DNA of 64,000 bases, taken from assembly GCA_043228905.1 (NCBI GenBank), contig JBHGNT010000006.1, positions 248,001 through 312,000 of the forward strand, in the 5' to 3' direction. The stretch comes from Azolla caroliniana (lineage: Eukaryota; Plantae; Polypodiophyta). Shown here piece by piece: positions 29,901-43,600 of the stretch. Position 1 is the stretch's first letter. Each line of letters starts with the position of its first letter. The notes under the pieces are model-generated. The model was not told the DNA's origin, did not search any database, and saw nothing but the letters and a program-made list of their open reading frames with translations. The translations under genes and the position numbers were made by a program.

Positions 29901-29990
29901 ACACGAGCCAGGTATGAACATTTTAATTTACCTACTAGCTCTTCTCAACTCAATCCTCAAATTTGGTAATTTCGTCATGTCTCTCGACCT
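23965..29990. repeat. ~6-kb (about 34 monomers) block, copy 1; copy 2 at ~45677-51705
   Basis: Constant offset 21712 (122x178 - 4) for ORF-track pairs 24518/46230, 25408/47120, 25942/47654, 26654/48366, 27917/49629, 29145/50857, and for variants such as ATAGGTAGCG 29851/51563. Confidence 0.92.
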
Positions 29991-32900
29991 GAGTGTCAAA
30001 ATCTTGATTTTTTAATTCCATATCATAGCTAGCGTTGTTAGCTTCGATTCGCATGTTTGTACACAAAAATCCGATATCACACGAGCCAAGTATGAAGATT
30101 TTAATTTACCTACTAGCTCATGTCAACTAACTCCTCAAATTTGGTAATTTCGTCATGTCTCTCGACCTGAGTTTCAGAATCTTGATTTTTAAATTCTATA
30201 TCATAGCTAGCGTTGTTAGCTTTGATTCGCATGTTTGAATATAAAAATCCGATGTCACACGAGCCAGGTATGAACATTTTAATTTACCTACTAGCTCTTC
30301 TCAACTCAGTCCTCAAATTTGGTAATTTCGTCATGTCTCTCGACTTGAGTTTCAAAATCTTGATATTTTAATTCCATATCATAGCTAGCGTTGTTAGCTT
30401 CGATTCGCATGTTTGAACACAAAAATCCGATATCACACGAGCCAGGTATGAACATTTTTATTTACCTACTAGCTCTTCTCAACTCAGTCCTCAAATTTGG
30501 TAATTTCGTCATGTCTCTCGACCTGAGTTTCAAAATCTTGATTTTTTAATTCTATATGATAGCTAGCGTTGTTAGCTTCGATTCGCATGTTTGTACACAA
30601 AAATCCGATGTCACACGAACCAGGTATGAACATTTTTATTTACCTACTAGCTCTTCTCAACTCACTCCTCAAATTTGGTAATTTCTTCATGTCTCTCGAC
30701 CTGAGTTTCAAAATCTTGATTTTTTAATTCCATATCATAGCTAGCGTTGTTAGCTTCGATTCGCATGTTTGAACACAAAAATCCGATAGGAAGCGAGCCA
30801 GGTATGAACATTTTTATTTACTCAAGGGCTCCTCTCAACTCACTCCTCAAATTTTGTAATTACGTCATGTCTCTCGACTTGAGTTTCAAAATCTTGATTT
30901 TTTAATTCCATATCATAGCTAGCGTTGTTAGCTTCGATTCGCATATTTGTACTCAAAAATCCGATATCACACGACCCAGGTATGAACATTTTAATTTACC
31001 TACTAGCTCTTCTCAACTCAGTCCTCAAATTTGGTAATTTCGTCATGTCTCTCGACCTGAGTTTCAAAATCTTGATTTTTTAATTCCATATCATAGCTAG
31101 CGTTGTTAGCTTCGATTCGCATGTTTGAACACAAAAATCCGATAGCAAGCGAGCCAGGTATGAACATTTTTATTTACTCAAGGGCTCCTCTCAACTCACT
31201 CCTCAAATTTTGTAATTATGTCATGTCTCTCGACCTGAGTTTCAAAATCTTGATTTTTTAATTCCATATCATAGCTAGCGTTGTTAGCTTCGATTCGCAT
31301 GTTTGAACACAAAAATCCGATATCACACGAGCCAGGTATGAACATTTTTATTTACTCAAGGGCTGCTCTCAACTCACTCCTCAAATTTTGTAATTACGTC
31401 ATGTCTCTCGACCTGAGTTTCAAAATCTTGATTTTTTAATTCCATATCATAGCTAGCGTTGTTAGCTTCGATTCGCATATTTGTACTCAAAAATCCGATG
31501 TCACACGAACCAGGTATGAACATTTTAATTTACCTACTAGCTCTTCTCAACTCACTCCTCAAATTTGGTAATTTCGTCATGTCTGTCGACCTGAGTTTCA
31601 AAATCTTGATTTTTTAATTCTATATGATAGCTAGCGTTGTTAGCTTCGATTCGCATGTTTGTACTCAAAAATCCGATGTCACACGAACCAGGTATGAACA
31701 TTTTTATTTACCTACTAGCTCTTCTCAACTCACTCCTCAAATTTGGTAATTTCTTCATGTCTCTCGACCTGAGTTTCAAAATCTTGATTTTTTAATTCCA
31801 TATCATAGCTAGCGTTGTTAGCTTCGATTCGCATGTTTGAACACAAAAATCCGATAGCAAGCGAGCCAGGTATGAACATTTTTATTTACTCAAGGGCTCC
31901 TCTCAACTCACTCCTCAAATTTTGTAATTACGTCATGTCTCTCGACCTGAGTTTCAAAATCTTGATTTTTTAATTCCATATCATAGCTAGCGTTGTTAGC
32001 TTCGATTCGCATATTTGTACTCAAAAATCCGATATCACACGACCCAGGTATGAACATTTTAATTTACCTACTAGCTCTTCTCAACTCAGTCCTCAAATTT
32101 GGTAATTTCGTCATGTCTCTCGACCTGAGTTTCAAAATCTTGATTTTTTAATTCTATATGATAGCTAGCGTTGTTAGCTTCGATTCGCATGTTTGTACAC
32201 AAAAATCCGATGTCACACGAACCAGGTATGAACATTTTTATTTACCTACTAGCTCTTCTCAACTCACTCCTCAAATTTGGTAATTTCTTCATGTCTCTCG
32301 ACCTGAGTTTCAAAATCTTGATTTTTTAATTCCATATCATAGCTAGCGTTGTTAGCTTCGATTCGCATGTTTGAACACAAAAATCCGATAGCAAGCGAGC
32401 CAGGTATGAACATTTTTATTTACTCAAGGGCTCCTCTCAACTCACTCCTCAAATTTTGTAATTACGTCATGTCTCTCGACCTGAGTTTCAAAATCTTGAT
32501 TTTTTAATTCCATATCATAGCTAGCGTTGTTAGCTTCGATTCGCATGTTTGAACACAAAAATCCGATATCACACGAGCCAGGTATCAACATTTTTATTTA
32601 CTCAAGGGCTCCTCTCAACTCACTCCTCAAATTTGGTAATTACGTCATGTCTCTCGAGCTGAGTTTCAAAATCTTGATTTTTAAATTCCATATCATAGCT
32701 AGCGTTGTTAGCTTCGATTCGCATGTTTGAATACAAAAATCCGATGTCACACGAGCCAGGTATGAACATTTTTATTTACTCAAGGGCTCTTCTCAACTCA
32801 CTCCTCAAATTTTGTAATTACGTCATGTCTCTCGACCTGAGTTTCAAAATCTTGATTTTTTAATTCCATATCATAGCTAGCGTTGTTAGCTTCGATTCGC

Positions 32901-34609
32901 ATATTTGTACTCAAAAATCCGATATCACACGAGCCAGGTATGAACATTTTAATTTACCTACTAGCTCTTCTCAACTCACTCCTCAAATTTCGTAATTACG
33001 TCATGTCTCTCGACCTGAGTTTCAGAATCTTGATTTTTTAATTCCATATCATAGCTAGCGTTGTTAGCTTCGATTCGCATGGTTGAACACAAAAATCCGA
33101 TATCACACGAGCCAGGTATGAACATTTTAATTTACCTACTAGCTCTTCTCAACTCAATCCTCAAATTTGGTAATTTCGTCATGTCTCTCGACCTGAGTTT
33201 CAAAATCTTGATTTTTTAATTCCATATCATAGCTAGCGTTCTTAGCTTCGATTCGCATGTTTGAACACAAAAATCCGATATCACACGAGCCAGGTATGAA
33301 CATTTTAATTTACCTACTAGCTCTTCTCAACTCACTCCTCAAATTTGGTAATTTCTTCATGTCTCTCGACCTGAGTTTCAGAATCTTGATTTTTAAATTC
33401 CATATCATAGCTAGCGTTGTTAGCTTCGATTCGCATATTTGTACTCAAAAATCCGATATCACACGAGCCAGGTATGAAGATTTTAATTTACATACTAGCT
33501 CCTCTCAACTCACTCCTCAAATTTGGTAATTTCGTCATGTCTCTCGACCTGAGTTTCAGAATCTTGATTTTTTAATTCTATATCATAGCTAGCGTTGTTA
33601 GCTTCGATTCGCATATTTGTACTCAAAAATCCGATATCACACGAGCCAGGTATGAACATTTTAATTTACCTACTAGCTCTTCTCAACTCAATCCTCAAAT
33701 TTGGTAATTTCGTCATGTCTCTCGACCTGAGTTTCAAAATCTTGATTTTTTAATTCCATATTATAGCTAGCGTTGTTAGCTTCGTTTCGCATGTTTGTAC
33801 ACAAAAATCCGATATCACACGAGCCAGGTATGAACATTTTAATTTACCTACTAGGTCTTCTCAACTCACTCCTCAAATTTGGTAATTTCTTCATGTCTCT
33901 CGACCTGAGTTTCAGAATCTTGATTTTTTAATTCCATATCATAGCTAGCGTTGTTAGCTTCGATTCGCATGTTTGAACACAAAAATCCGATATAACACGA
34001 GCCAGGTATGAACATTTTAATTTACCTACTAGCTCTTCTCAACTCACTCCTCAAATTTGGTAATTTCTTCATGTCTCTCGACCTGAGTTTCAGAATCTTG
34101 ATTTTTAAATTCCATATCATAGCTAGCGTTGTTAGCTTCGATTCGCATATTTGTACTCAAAATCCGATATCACACGAGCTAGGTATGAAGATTTTAATTT
34201 ACCTACTAGCTCTTCTCAACTCAATCCTCAAATTTGGTAATTTCGTCATGTCTCTCGACCTGAGTTTCAAAATCTTGATTTTTTAATTCCATATCATAGC
34301 TAGCGTTGTTAGCTTCGATTCGCATGTTTGAACACAAAAATCCGATATCACACGAGCCAGGTATGAAGATTTTAATTTACATACTAGCTCCTCTCAACTC
34401 ACTCCTCAAATTTGGTAATTTCGTCATGTCTCTCGACCTGAGTTTCAAAATCTTGATTTTTTAATTCCATATCATAGCTAGCGTTGTTAGCTTCGATTCG
34501 CATGTTTGAACACAAAAATCCGATATCACACGAGCCAGGTATGAACATTTTAATTTACCTACTAGCTCTTCTCAACTCACTCCTCAAATTTGGTAATTTC
34601 GTCATGTCT

Positions 34610-37600
34610 CTCGACCTGAGTTTCAGAATCTTGATTTTTTAATTCCATATCATAGCTAGCGTTGTTAGCTTCGATTCGCATGTTTGAACACAAAAATCCG
34701 ATATCACACGAGCCAGGTATGAACATTTTAATTTACCTACTAGCTCTTCTCAACTCACTCCTCAAATTTGGTAATTTCGTCATGTCTCTCGACCTGAGTG
34801 TCAAAATCTTGATTTTTTAATTCCATATCATAGCTAGCGTTGTTAGCTTCGATTCGCATGTTTGAATACAAAAATCCGATGTCACCGAGCCAGGTATGAA
34901 CAATTTAATTCACCTACTAGCTCTTCTCAACTCAGTCCTCAAAGTTGGTAATTTCTTCATGTCTCTCGACCTGAGTTTCAGAATCTTGATTTTTTAATTC
35001 TATATGATAGCTAGCGTTGTTAACTTCGATTCGCATGTTTGAACACAAAAATCCGATATCACACGAGCCAGGTATGAACATTTTAATTTACCTACTAGCT
35101 CTTCTCCACTCAATCCTCAAATTTGGTAATTTCGTCATGTCTCTCGACCTGAGTTTCAAAATCTTGATTTTTTAATTCCATATCATAGCTAGCGTTGTTA
35201 GCTTCGATTCGCATGTTTGTACACAAATATCCGATATCACACGAGCCAGGTATAAACATTTTTATTTACCTACTAGCTCTTCTCAACTCACTCCTCAAAT
35301 TTGGTAATTACGTCATGTCTCTCGAGCTGAGTTTCAAAATCTTGATTTTTAAATTCCATATCATAGCTAGCGTTGTTAGCTTCGATTCGCATATTTGTAC
35401 TCAAAAATCCGATATCACACGAGCCAGGTATGAAGATTTTAATTTACCTACTAGCTCCTCTCAACTAACTCCTCAAATTTGGTAATTTCGTCATGTCTCT
35501 CGACCTGAGTTTCAGAATCTTGATTTTTTAATTCTATATCATAGCTAGCGTTGTTAGCTTCGATTCGCATGTTTGAACACAAAAATCCGATATCACACGA
35601 GCCAGGTATGAACATTTTAATTTACCTACTAGCTCTTCTCAACTCAATCCTCAAATTTGGTAATTTCGTCATGTCTCTCGACCTGAGTTTCAAAATCTTG
35701 ATTTTTTAATTCCATATCATAGCTAGCGTTGTTAGCTTCGATTCGCATGTTTGAACACAAAAATCCGATATCACATGAGCCAGGTAGGAACATTTTTATT
35801 TACTCAAGGGCTCCTCTCAACTCACTCCTCAAATTTGGTAATTTCTTCAGGTCTCTCGACCTGAGTTTCAAAATCTTGATTTTTAAATTCCATATCATAG
35901 CTAGCGTTGTTAGCTTCGATTCGCATGTTTGAACACAAAAATCCGATATCACACGAGCCAGGTATGAACATTTTAATTTACCTACTAGCTCTTCTCAACT
36001 CAATCCTCAAATTTGATAATTTCGTCATGTCTCTCGACCTGAGCTTCAAAATCTTGATTTTTTAATTCCATATCATAGATAGCGTTGTTAGCTTCGATTC
36101 GCATGTTTGAATACAAAAATCCGATATCACACGAGCCAAGTATGAACATTTTTATTTACTCAAGGGCTCCTCTCAACTCACTCCTCAAATTTGGTAATTA
36201 CGTCATGTCTCTCGACCTGAGTTTCAAAATCTTGATTTTTTAATTCCATATCATAGCTAGCGTTGTTAGCTTCGATTCGCATATTTGTACTCAAAAATCC
36301 GATATCACACGACCCAGGTATGAACATTTTAATTTACCTACTAGCTCTTGTCAACTCAGTCCTCAAATTTGGTAATTTCCTCATGTCTCTCGACCTGAGT
36401 TTTAAAATCTTGATTTTTTAATTCTATATAATAGCTAGCGTTGTTAGCTTCGATTCGCATGTTTGTACACAAAAATCCGATGTCACACGAACCAGGTATG
36501 AACATTTTTATTTACCTACTAGCTCTTCTCAACTCACTCCTCAAATTTGGTAATTTCTTCATGTCTCTCGACCTGAGTTTCAAAATCTTGATTTTTTAAT
36601 TCCATATCATAGCTAGCGTTCTTAGCTTCGATTCGCATGTTTGAACCCAAAAATCCGATATCACACGAGCCAGGTATGAACATTTTTATTTACTCAAGGG
36701 CTCCTCTCAACTCACTCCTCAAATTTGGTAATTTCTTCATGTCTCTCGACCTGAGTTTCAAAATCTTGATTTTTAAATTCCATATCATAGCTAGCGTTGT
36801 TAGCTTCGATTCACATATTTGTACTCAAAAATCCAATATCACACAAGCCAGGTATGAAGATTTTAATTTACCTACTAGCTCCTCTCAACTAACTCCTCAA
36901 ATTTGGTAATTTCGTCATGTCTCTCGACCTCAGTTTCAAAGTCTTGATTTTTTAATTCTATATGATGGCTACTGTTGTTAGCTTCGATTCGCATGTTTGT
37001 ACTCAAAAATCCGATATCACACGAGCCAGGTATGAACATTTTAAGTTACTCAAGGGCTCCTCTCAACTCAGTCCTCAAATTTGGTAATTTTGTCATGTTT
37101 TTCGACCTGAATTTCAAAATCTTGATTTTTTAATTCTATATGATAGCTAGCGTTGTTAGCTTCGATTCGCATGTTTGTACACAAAAATCCGATGTCACAC
37201 GAACCAGGTATGAACATTTTTATTTACCTACTAGCTCTTCTCAACTCACTCCTCAAATTTGGTAATTTCTTCATGTCTCTCGACCTGAGTTTCAAAATCT
37301 TGATTTTTTAATTCCATATCATAGCTAGCGTTGTTAGCTTCGATTCGCATGTTTGTACACAAATATCCGATATCACACGAGCCAGTTATGAACATTTTTA
37401 TTTACCTACTAGCTCTTCTCAACTCACTCCTCAAATTTGGTAATTACGTCATGTCTCTCGAGCTGAGTTTCAAAATCTTGATTTTTAAATTCCATATCAT
37501 AGCTAGCGTTGTTAGCTTCGATTCGCATATTTGTACTCAAAAATCTGATATCACACGAGCCAGGTATGAAGATTTTAATTTACCTACTAGCTCCTCTCAA

Positions 37601-40600
37601 CTAACTCCTCAAATTTGGTAATTTCGTCATGTCTCTCGACCTGAGTTTCAGAATCTTGATTTTTTAATTCTATATCATAGCTAGCGTTGTTAGCTTCGAT
37701 TCGCATGTTTGAACACAAAAATCCGATATCACACGAGCCAGGTATGAACATTTTAATTTACCTACTAGCTCTTCTCAACTCAATCCTCAAATTTGGTAAT
37801 TTCGTCATGTCTCTCGACCTGAGTTTCAAAATCTTGATTTTTTAATTCCATATCATAGCTAGCGTTGTTAGCTTCGATTCGCATGTTTGAACACAAAAAT
37901 CCGATATCACACGAGCCAGGTATGAACATTTTTATTTACTCAAGGGCTCCTCTCAACTCACTCCTCAAATTTGGTAATTTCTTCATGTCTCTCGACCTGA
38001 GTTTCAAAATCTTGATTTTTAAATTCCATATCATAGCTAGCGTTGTTAGCTTCGATTCGCATGTTTGAACACAAAAATCCGATATCACACGAGCCAGGTA
38101 TGAACATTTTAATTTACCTACTAGCTCTTCTCAACTCAATCCTCAAATTTGGTAATTTCGTCATGTCTCTCGACCTGAGTTTCAAAATCTTGATTTTTTA
38201 ATTCCATATCATAGCTAGCGTTGTTAGCTTCGATTCGCATGTTTGAACACAAAAATCCGATATCACACGAGCCAGGTATGAACATTTTAATTTACTCAAG
38301 GGCTCCTCTCAACTCACTCCTCAAATTTTGTAATTACGTCATGTCTCTCGACCTGAGTTTTAAAATCTTGATTTTTTAATTACATATCATAGCTAGCGGT
38401 GTTAGCTTCGATTCGCATATTTGTACTCAAAAATCCGATATCACACGACCCAGGTATGAACATTTTAATTTACCTACTAGCTCTTCTCAACTCAGTCCTC
38501 AAATTTGGTAATTTCGTCATGTCTCTCGACCTGAGTTTCAAAATCTTGATTTTTTAATTCTATATGATAGCTAGCGTTGTTAGCTTCGATTCGCATGTTT
38601 GTACACAAAAATCCGATGTCACACGAACCAGGTATGAACATTTTTATTTACCTACTAGCTCTTCTCAACTCACTCCTCAAATTTGATAATTTCGTCATGT
38701 CTCTCGACCTGAGTTTCAAAATCTTGATTTTTCTATTCCATATCATAGCTAGCGTTGTTAGCTTCGATTCGCATGTTTGTACACAAAAATCCGATATCAC
38801 ACGAGCCAGGTATGAACATTTTTATTTACTCAAGGGCTCCTCTCAACTCACTCCTCAAATTTGGTAATTTCTTCATGTCTCTCGACCTGAGTTTCAAAAT
38901 CTTGATTTTTAAATTCCATATCATAGCTAGCGTTGTTAGCTTCGATTCGCATGTTTGAACACAAAAATCCGATATCACACGAGCCAGGTATGAACATTTT
39001 AATTTACCTACTAGCTCTTCTCAACTCAATCCTCAAATTTGGTAATTTCGTCATGTCTCTCGACCTGAGTTTCAAAATCTTGATTTTTTAATTCCATATC
39101 ATAGCTAGCGTTGTTAGCTTCGATTCGCATGTTTGTACACAAAAATCCGATATCACACGAGCCAGGTATGAACATTTTTATTTACCTACCAGCTCTTGTC
39201 AACTCACTCCTCAAATTTGGTAATTACGTCATGTCTCTCGAGCTTAGTTTCAAAATCTTGATTTTTTAATTCCATATCATAGCTAGCGTTGTTAGCTTCG
39301 ATTCGCATATTTGTACTCAAAAATCCGATATCACACGAGCCAGGTATGAACATTTTAATTTACCTACTAGCTCTTCTCAACTCAATCCTCAAATTTGATA
39401 ATTTCGTCATGTCTCTCGACCTGAGTTTCAAAATCTTGATTTTTTAATTCCATATCATAGCTAGCGTTGTTAGCTTCGATTCGCATGTTTGAACACGAAA
39501 ATCCGATATCGCACGAGCCAGGTATGAACATTTTAATTTACCTACTAGCTCTTCTCAACTCACTCCTCAAATTTGGTAATTTCTTCATGTCTCTCGACCT
39601 GAGTTTCAAAATCTTGATTTTTCTATTCCATATCATAGCTAGCGTTGTAAGCTTCGATTCGCATGTTTGAATACAAAAATCCGATGTCACACGAGCCAGG
39701 TATGAACATTTTAATTTACCTACTAGATCTTCTCAACTCAATCCTCAAATTTGATAATTTCGTCATGTCTCTCGACCTGAGTTTCAAAATCTTGATTTTT
39801 CTATTCCATATTATAGCTAGCGTTGTTAGCTTCGATTCGCATGTTTGTACACAAAAATCTGATATCACACGAGCCAGGTATGAACATTTTAATTTACCTA
39901 CTAGCTCTTCTCAACTCACTCCTCAAATTTGGTAATTTCTTCATTATTCTCGACCTGAGTTTCAGAATCTTGATTTTTTAATTCCATATCATAGCTAGCG
40001 TTGTTAGCTTCGATTCGCATGTTTGAACACAAAAATCCGATATCACACGAGCCAGGTATGAACATTTTAATTTACCTACTAGCTCTTCTCAACTCACTCC
40101 TCAAATTTGGTAATTTCGTCATGTCTCTCGACCTGAGTGTCAAAATCTTGATTTTTTAATTCCATATCATAGCTAGCGTTGTTAGCTTCGATTCGCATGT
40201 TTGAATACAAAAATCCGATGTCACCGAGCCAGGTATGAACAATTTAATTCACCTACTAGCTCTTCTCAACTCAGTCCTCAAAGTTGGTAATTTCTTCATG
40301 TCTCTCGACCTGAGTTTCAGAATCTTGATTTTTTAATTCTATATGATAGCTAGCGTTGTTAACTTCGATTCGCATGTTTGAACACAAAAATCCGATATCA
40401 CACGAGCCAGGTATGAACATTTTAATTTACCTACTAGCTCTTCTCCACTCAATCCTCAAATTTGGTAATTTCGTCATGTCTCTCGACCTGAGTTTCAAAA
40501 TCTTGATTTTTTAATTCCATATCATAGCTAGCGTTGTTAGCTTCGATTCGCATGTTTGTACACAAATATCCGATATCACACGAGCCAGGTATAAACATTT

Positions 40601-43600
40601 TTATTTACCTACTAGCTCTTCTCAACTCACTCCTCAAATTTGGTAATTACGTCATGTCTCTCGAGCTGAGTTTCAAAATCTTGATTTTTAAATTCCATAT
40701 CATAGCTAGCGTTGTTAGCTTCGATTCGCATATTTGTACTCAAAAATCCGATATCACACGAGCCAGGTATGAAGATTTTAATTTACCTACTAGCTCCTCT
40801 CAACTAACTCCTCAAATTTGGTAATTTCGTCATGTCTCTCGACCTGAGTTTCAGAATCTTGATTTTTTAATTCTATATCATAGCTAGCGTTGTTAGCTTC
40901 GATTCGCATGTTTGAACACAAAAATCCGATATCACACGAGCCAGGTATGAACATTTTAATTTACCTACTAGCTCTTCTCAACTCAATCCTCAAATTTGGT
41001 AATTTCGTCATGTCTCTCGACCTGAGTTTCAAAATCTTGATTTTTTAATTCCATATCATAGCTAGCGTTGTTAGCTTCGATTCGCATGTTTGAACACAAA
41101 AATCCGATATCACATGAGCCAGGTAGGAACATTTTTATTTACTCAAGGGCTCCTCTCAACTCACTCCTCAAATTTGGTAATTTCTTCAGGTCTCTCGACC
41201 TGAGTTTCAAAATCTTGATTTTTAAATTCCATATCATAGCTAGCGTTGTTAGCTTCGATTCGCATGTTTGAACACAAAAATCCGATATCACACGAGCCAG
41301 GTATGAACATTTTAATTTACCTACTAGCTCTTCTCAACTCAATCCTCAAATTTGATAATTTCGTCATGTCTCTCGACCTGAGCTTCAAAATCTTGATTTT
41401 TTAATTCCATATCATAGATAGCGTTGTTAGCTTCGATTCGCATGTTTGAATACAAAAATCCGATATCACACGAGCCAAGTATGAACATTTTTATTTACTC
41501 AAGGGCTCCTCTCAACTCACTCCTCAAATTTGGTAATTACGTCATGTCTCTCGACCTGAGTTTCAAAATCTTGATTTTTTAATTCCATATCATAGCTAGC
41601 GTTGTTAGCTTCGATTCGCATATTTGTACTCAAAAATCCGATATCACACGACCCAGGTATGAACATTTTAATTTACCTACTAGCTCTTGTCAACTCAGTC
41701 CTCAAATTTGGTAATTTCCTCATGTCTCTCGACCTGAGTTTTAAAATCTTGATTTTTTAATTCTATATAATAGCTAGCGTTGTTAGCTTCGATTCGCATG
41801 TTTGTACACAAAAATCCGATGTCACACGAACCAGGTATGAACATTTTTATTTACCTACTAGCTCTTCTCAACTCACTCCTCAAATTTGGTAATTTCTTCA
41901 TGTCTCTCGACCTGAGTTTCAAAATCTTGATTTTTTAATTCCATATCATAGCTAGCGTTCTTAGCTTCGATTCGCATGTTTGAACCCAAAAATCCGATAT
42001 CACACGAGCCAGGTATGAACATTTTTATTTACTCAAGGGCTCCTCTCAACTCACTCCTCAAATTTGGTAATTTCTTCATGTCTCTCGACCTGAGTTTCAA
42101 AATCTTGATTTTTAAATTCCATATCATAGCTAGCGTTGTTAGCTTCGATTCACATATTTGTACTCAAAAATCCAATATCACACAAGCCAGGTATGAAGAT
42201 TTTAATTTACCTACTAGCTCCTCTCAACTAACTCCTCAAATTTGGTAATTTCGTCATGTCTCTCGACCTCAGTTTCAAAGTCTTGATTTTTTAATTCTAT
42301 ATGATGGCTACTGTTGTTAGCTTCGATTCGCATGTTTGTACTCAAAAATCCGATATCACACGAGCCAGGTATGAACATTTTAAGTTACTCAAGGGCTCCT
42401 CTCAACTCAGTCCTCAAATTTGGTAATTTTGTCATGTTTTTCGACCTGAGTTTCAAAATCTTGATTTTTTAATTCTATATGATAGCTAGCGTTGTTAGCT
42501 TCGATTCGCATGTTTGTACACAAAAATCCGATGTCACACGAACCAGGTATGAACATTTTTATTTACCTACTAGCTCTTCTCAACTCACTCCTCAAATTTG
42601 GTAATTTCTTCATGTCTCTCGACCTGAGTTTCAAAATCTTGATTTTTTAATTCCATATCATAGCTAGCGTTGTTAGCTTCGATTCGCATGTTTGTACACA
42701 AATATCCGATATCACACGAGCCAGTTATGAACATTTTTATTTACCTACTAGCTCTTCTCAACTCACTCCTCAAATTTGGTAATTACGTCATGTCTCTCGA
42801 GCTGAGTTTCAAAATCTTGATTTTTAAATTCCATATCATAGCTAGCGTTGTTAGCTTCGATTCGCATATTTGTACTCAAAAATCTGATATCACACGAGCC
42901 AGGTATGAAGATTTTAATTTACCTACTAGCTCCTCTCAACTAACTCCTCAAATTTGGTAATTTCGTCATGTCTCTCGACATGAGTTTCAGAATCTTGATT
43001 TTTTAATTCTATATCATAGCTAGCGTTGTTAGCTTCGATTCGCATGTTTGAACACAAAAATCCGATATCACACGAGCCAGGTATGAACATTTTAATTTAC
43101 CTACTAGCTCTTCTCAACTCAATCCTCAAATTTGGTAATTTCGTCATGTCTCTCGACCTGAGTTTCAAAATCTTGATTTTTTAATTCCATATCATAGCTA
43201 GCGTTGTTAGCTTCGATTCGCATGTTTGAACACAAAAATCCGATATCACACGAGCCAGGTATGAACATTTTTATTTACTCAAGGGCTCCTCTCAACTCAC
43301 TCCTCAAATTTGGTAATTTCTTCATGTCTCTCGACCTGAGTTTCAAAATCTTGATTTTTAAATTCCATATCATAGCTAGCGTTGTTAGCTTCGATTCGCA
43401 TGTTTGAACACAAAAATCCGATATCACACGAGCCAGGTATGAACATTTTAATTTACCTACTAGCTCTTCTCAACTCAATCCTCAAATTTGGTAATTTCGT
43501 CATGTCTCTCGACCTGAGTTTCAAAATCTTGATTTTTTAATTCCATATCATAGCTAGCGTTGTTAGCTTCGATTCGCATGTTTGAACACAAAAATCCGAT

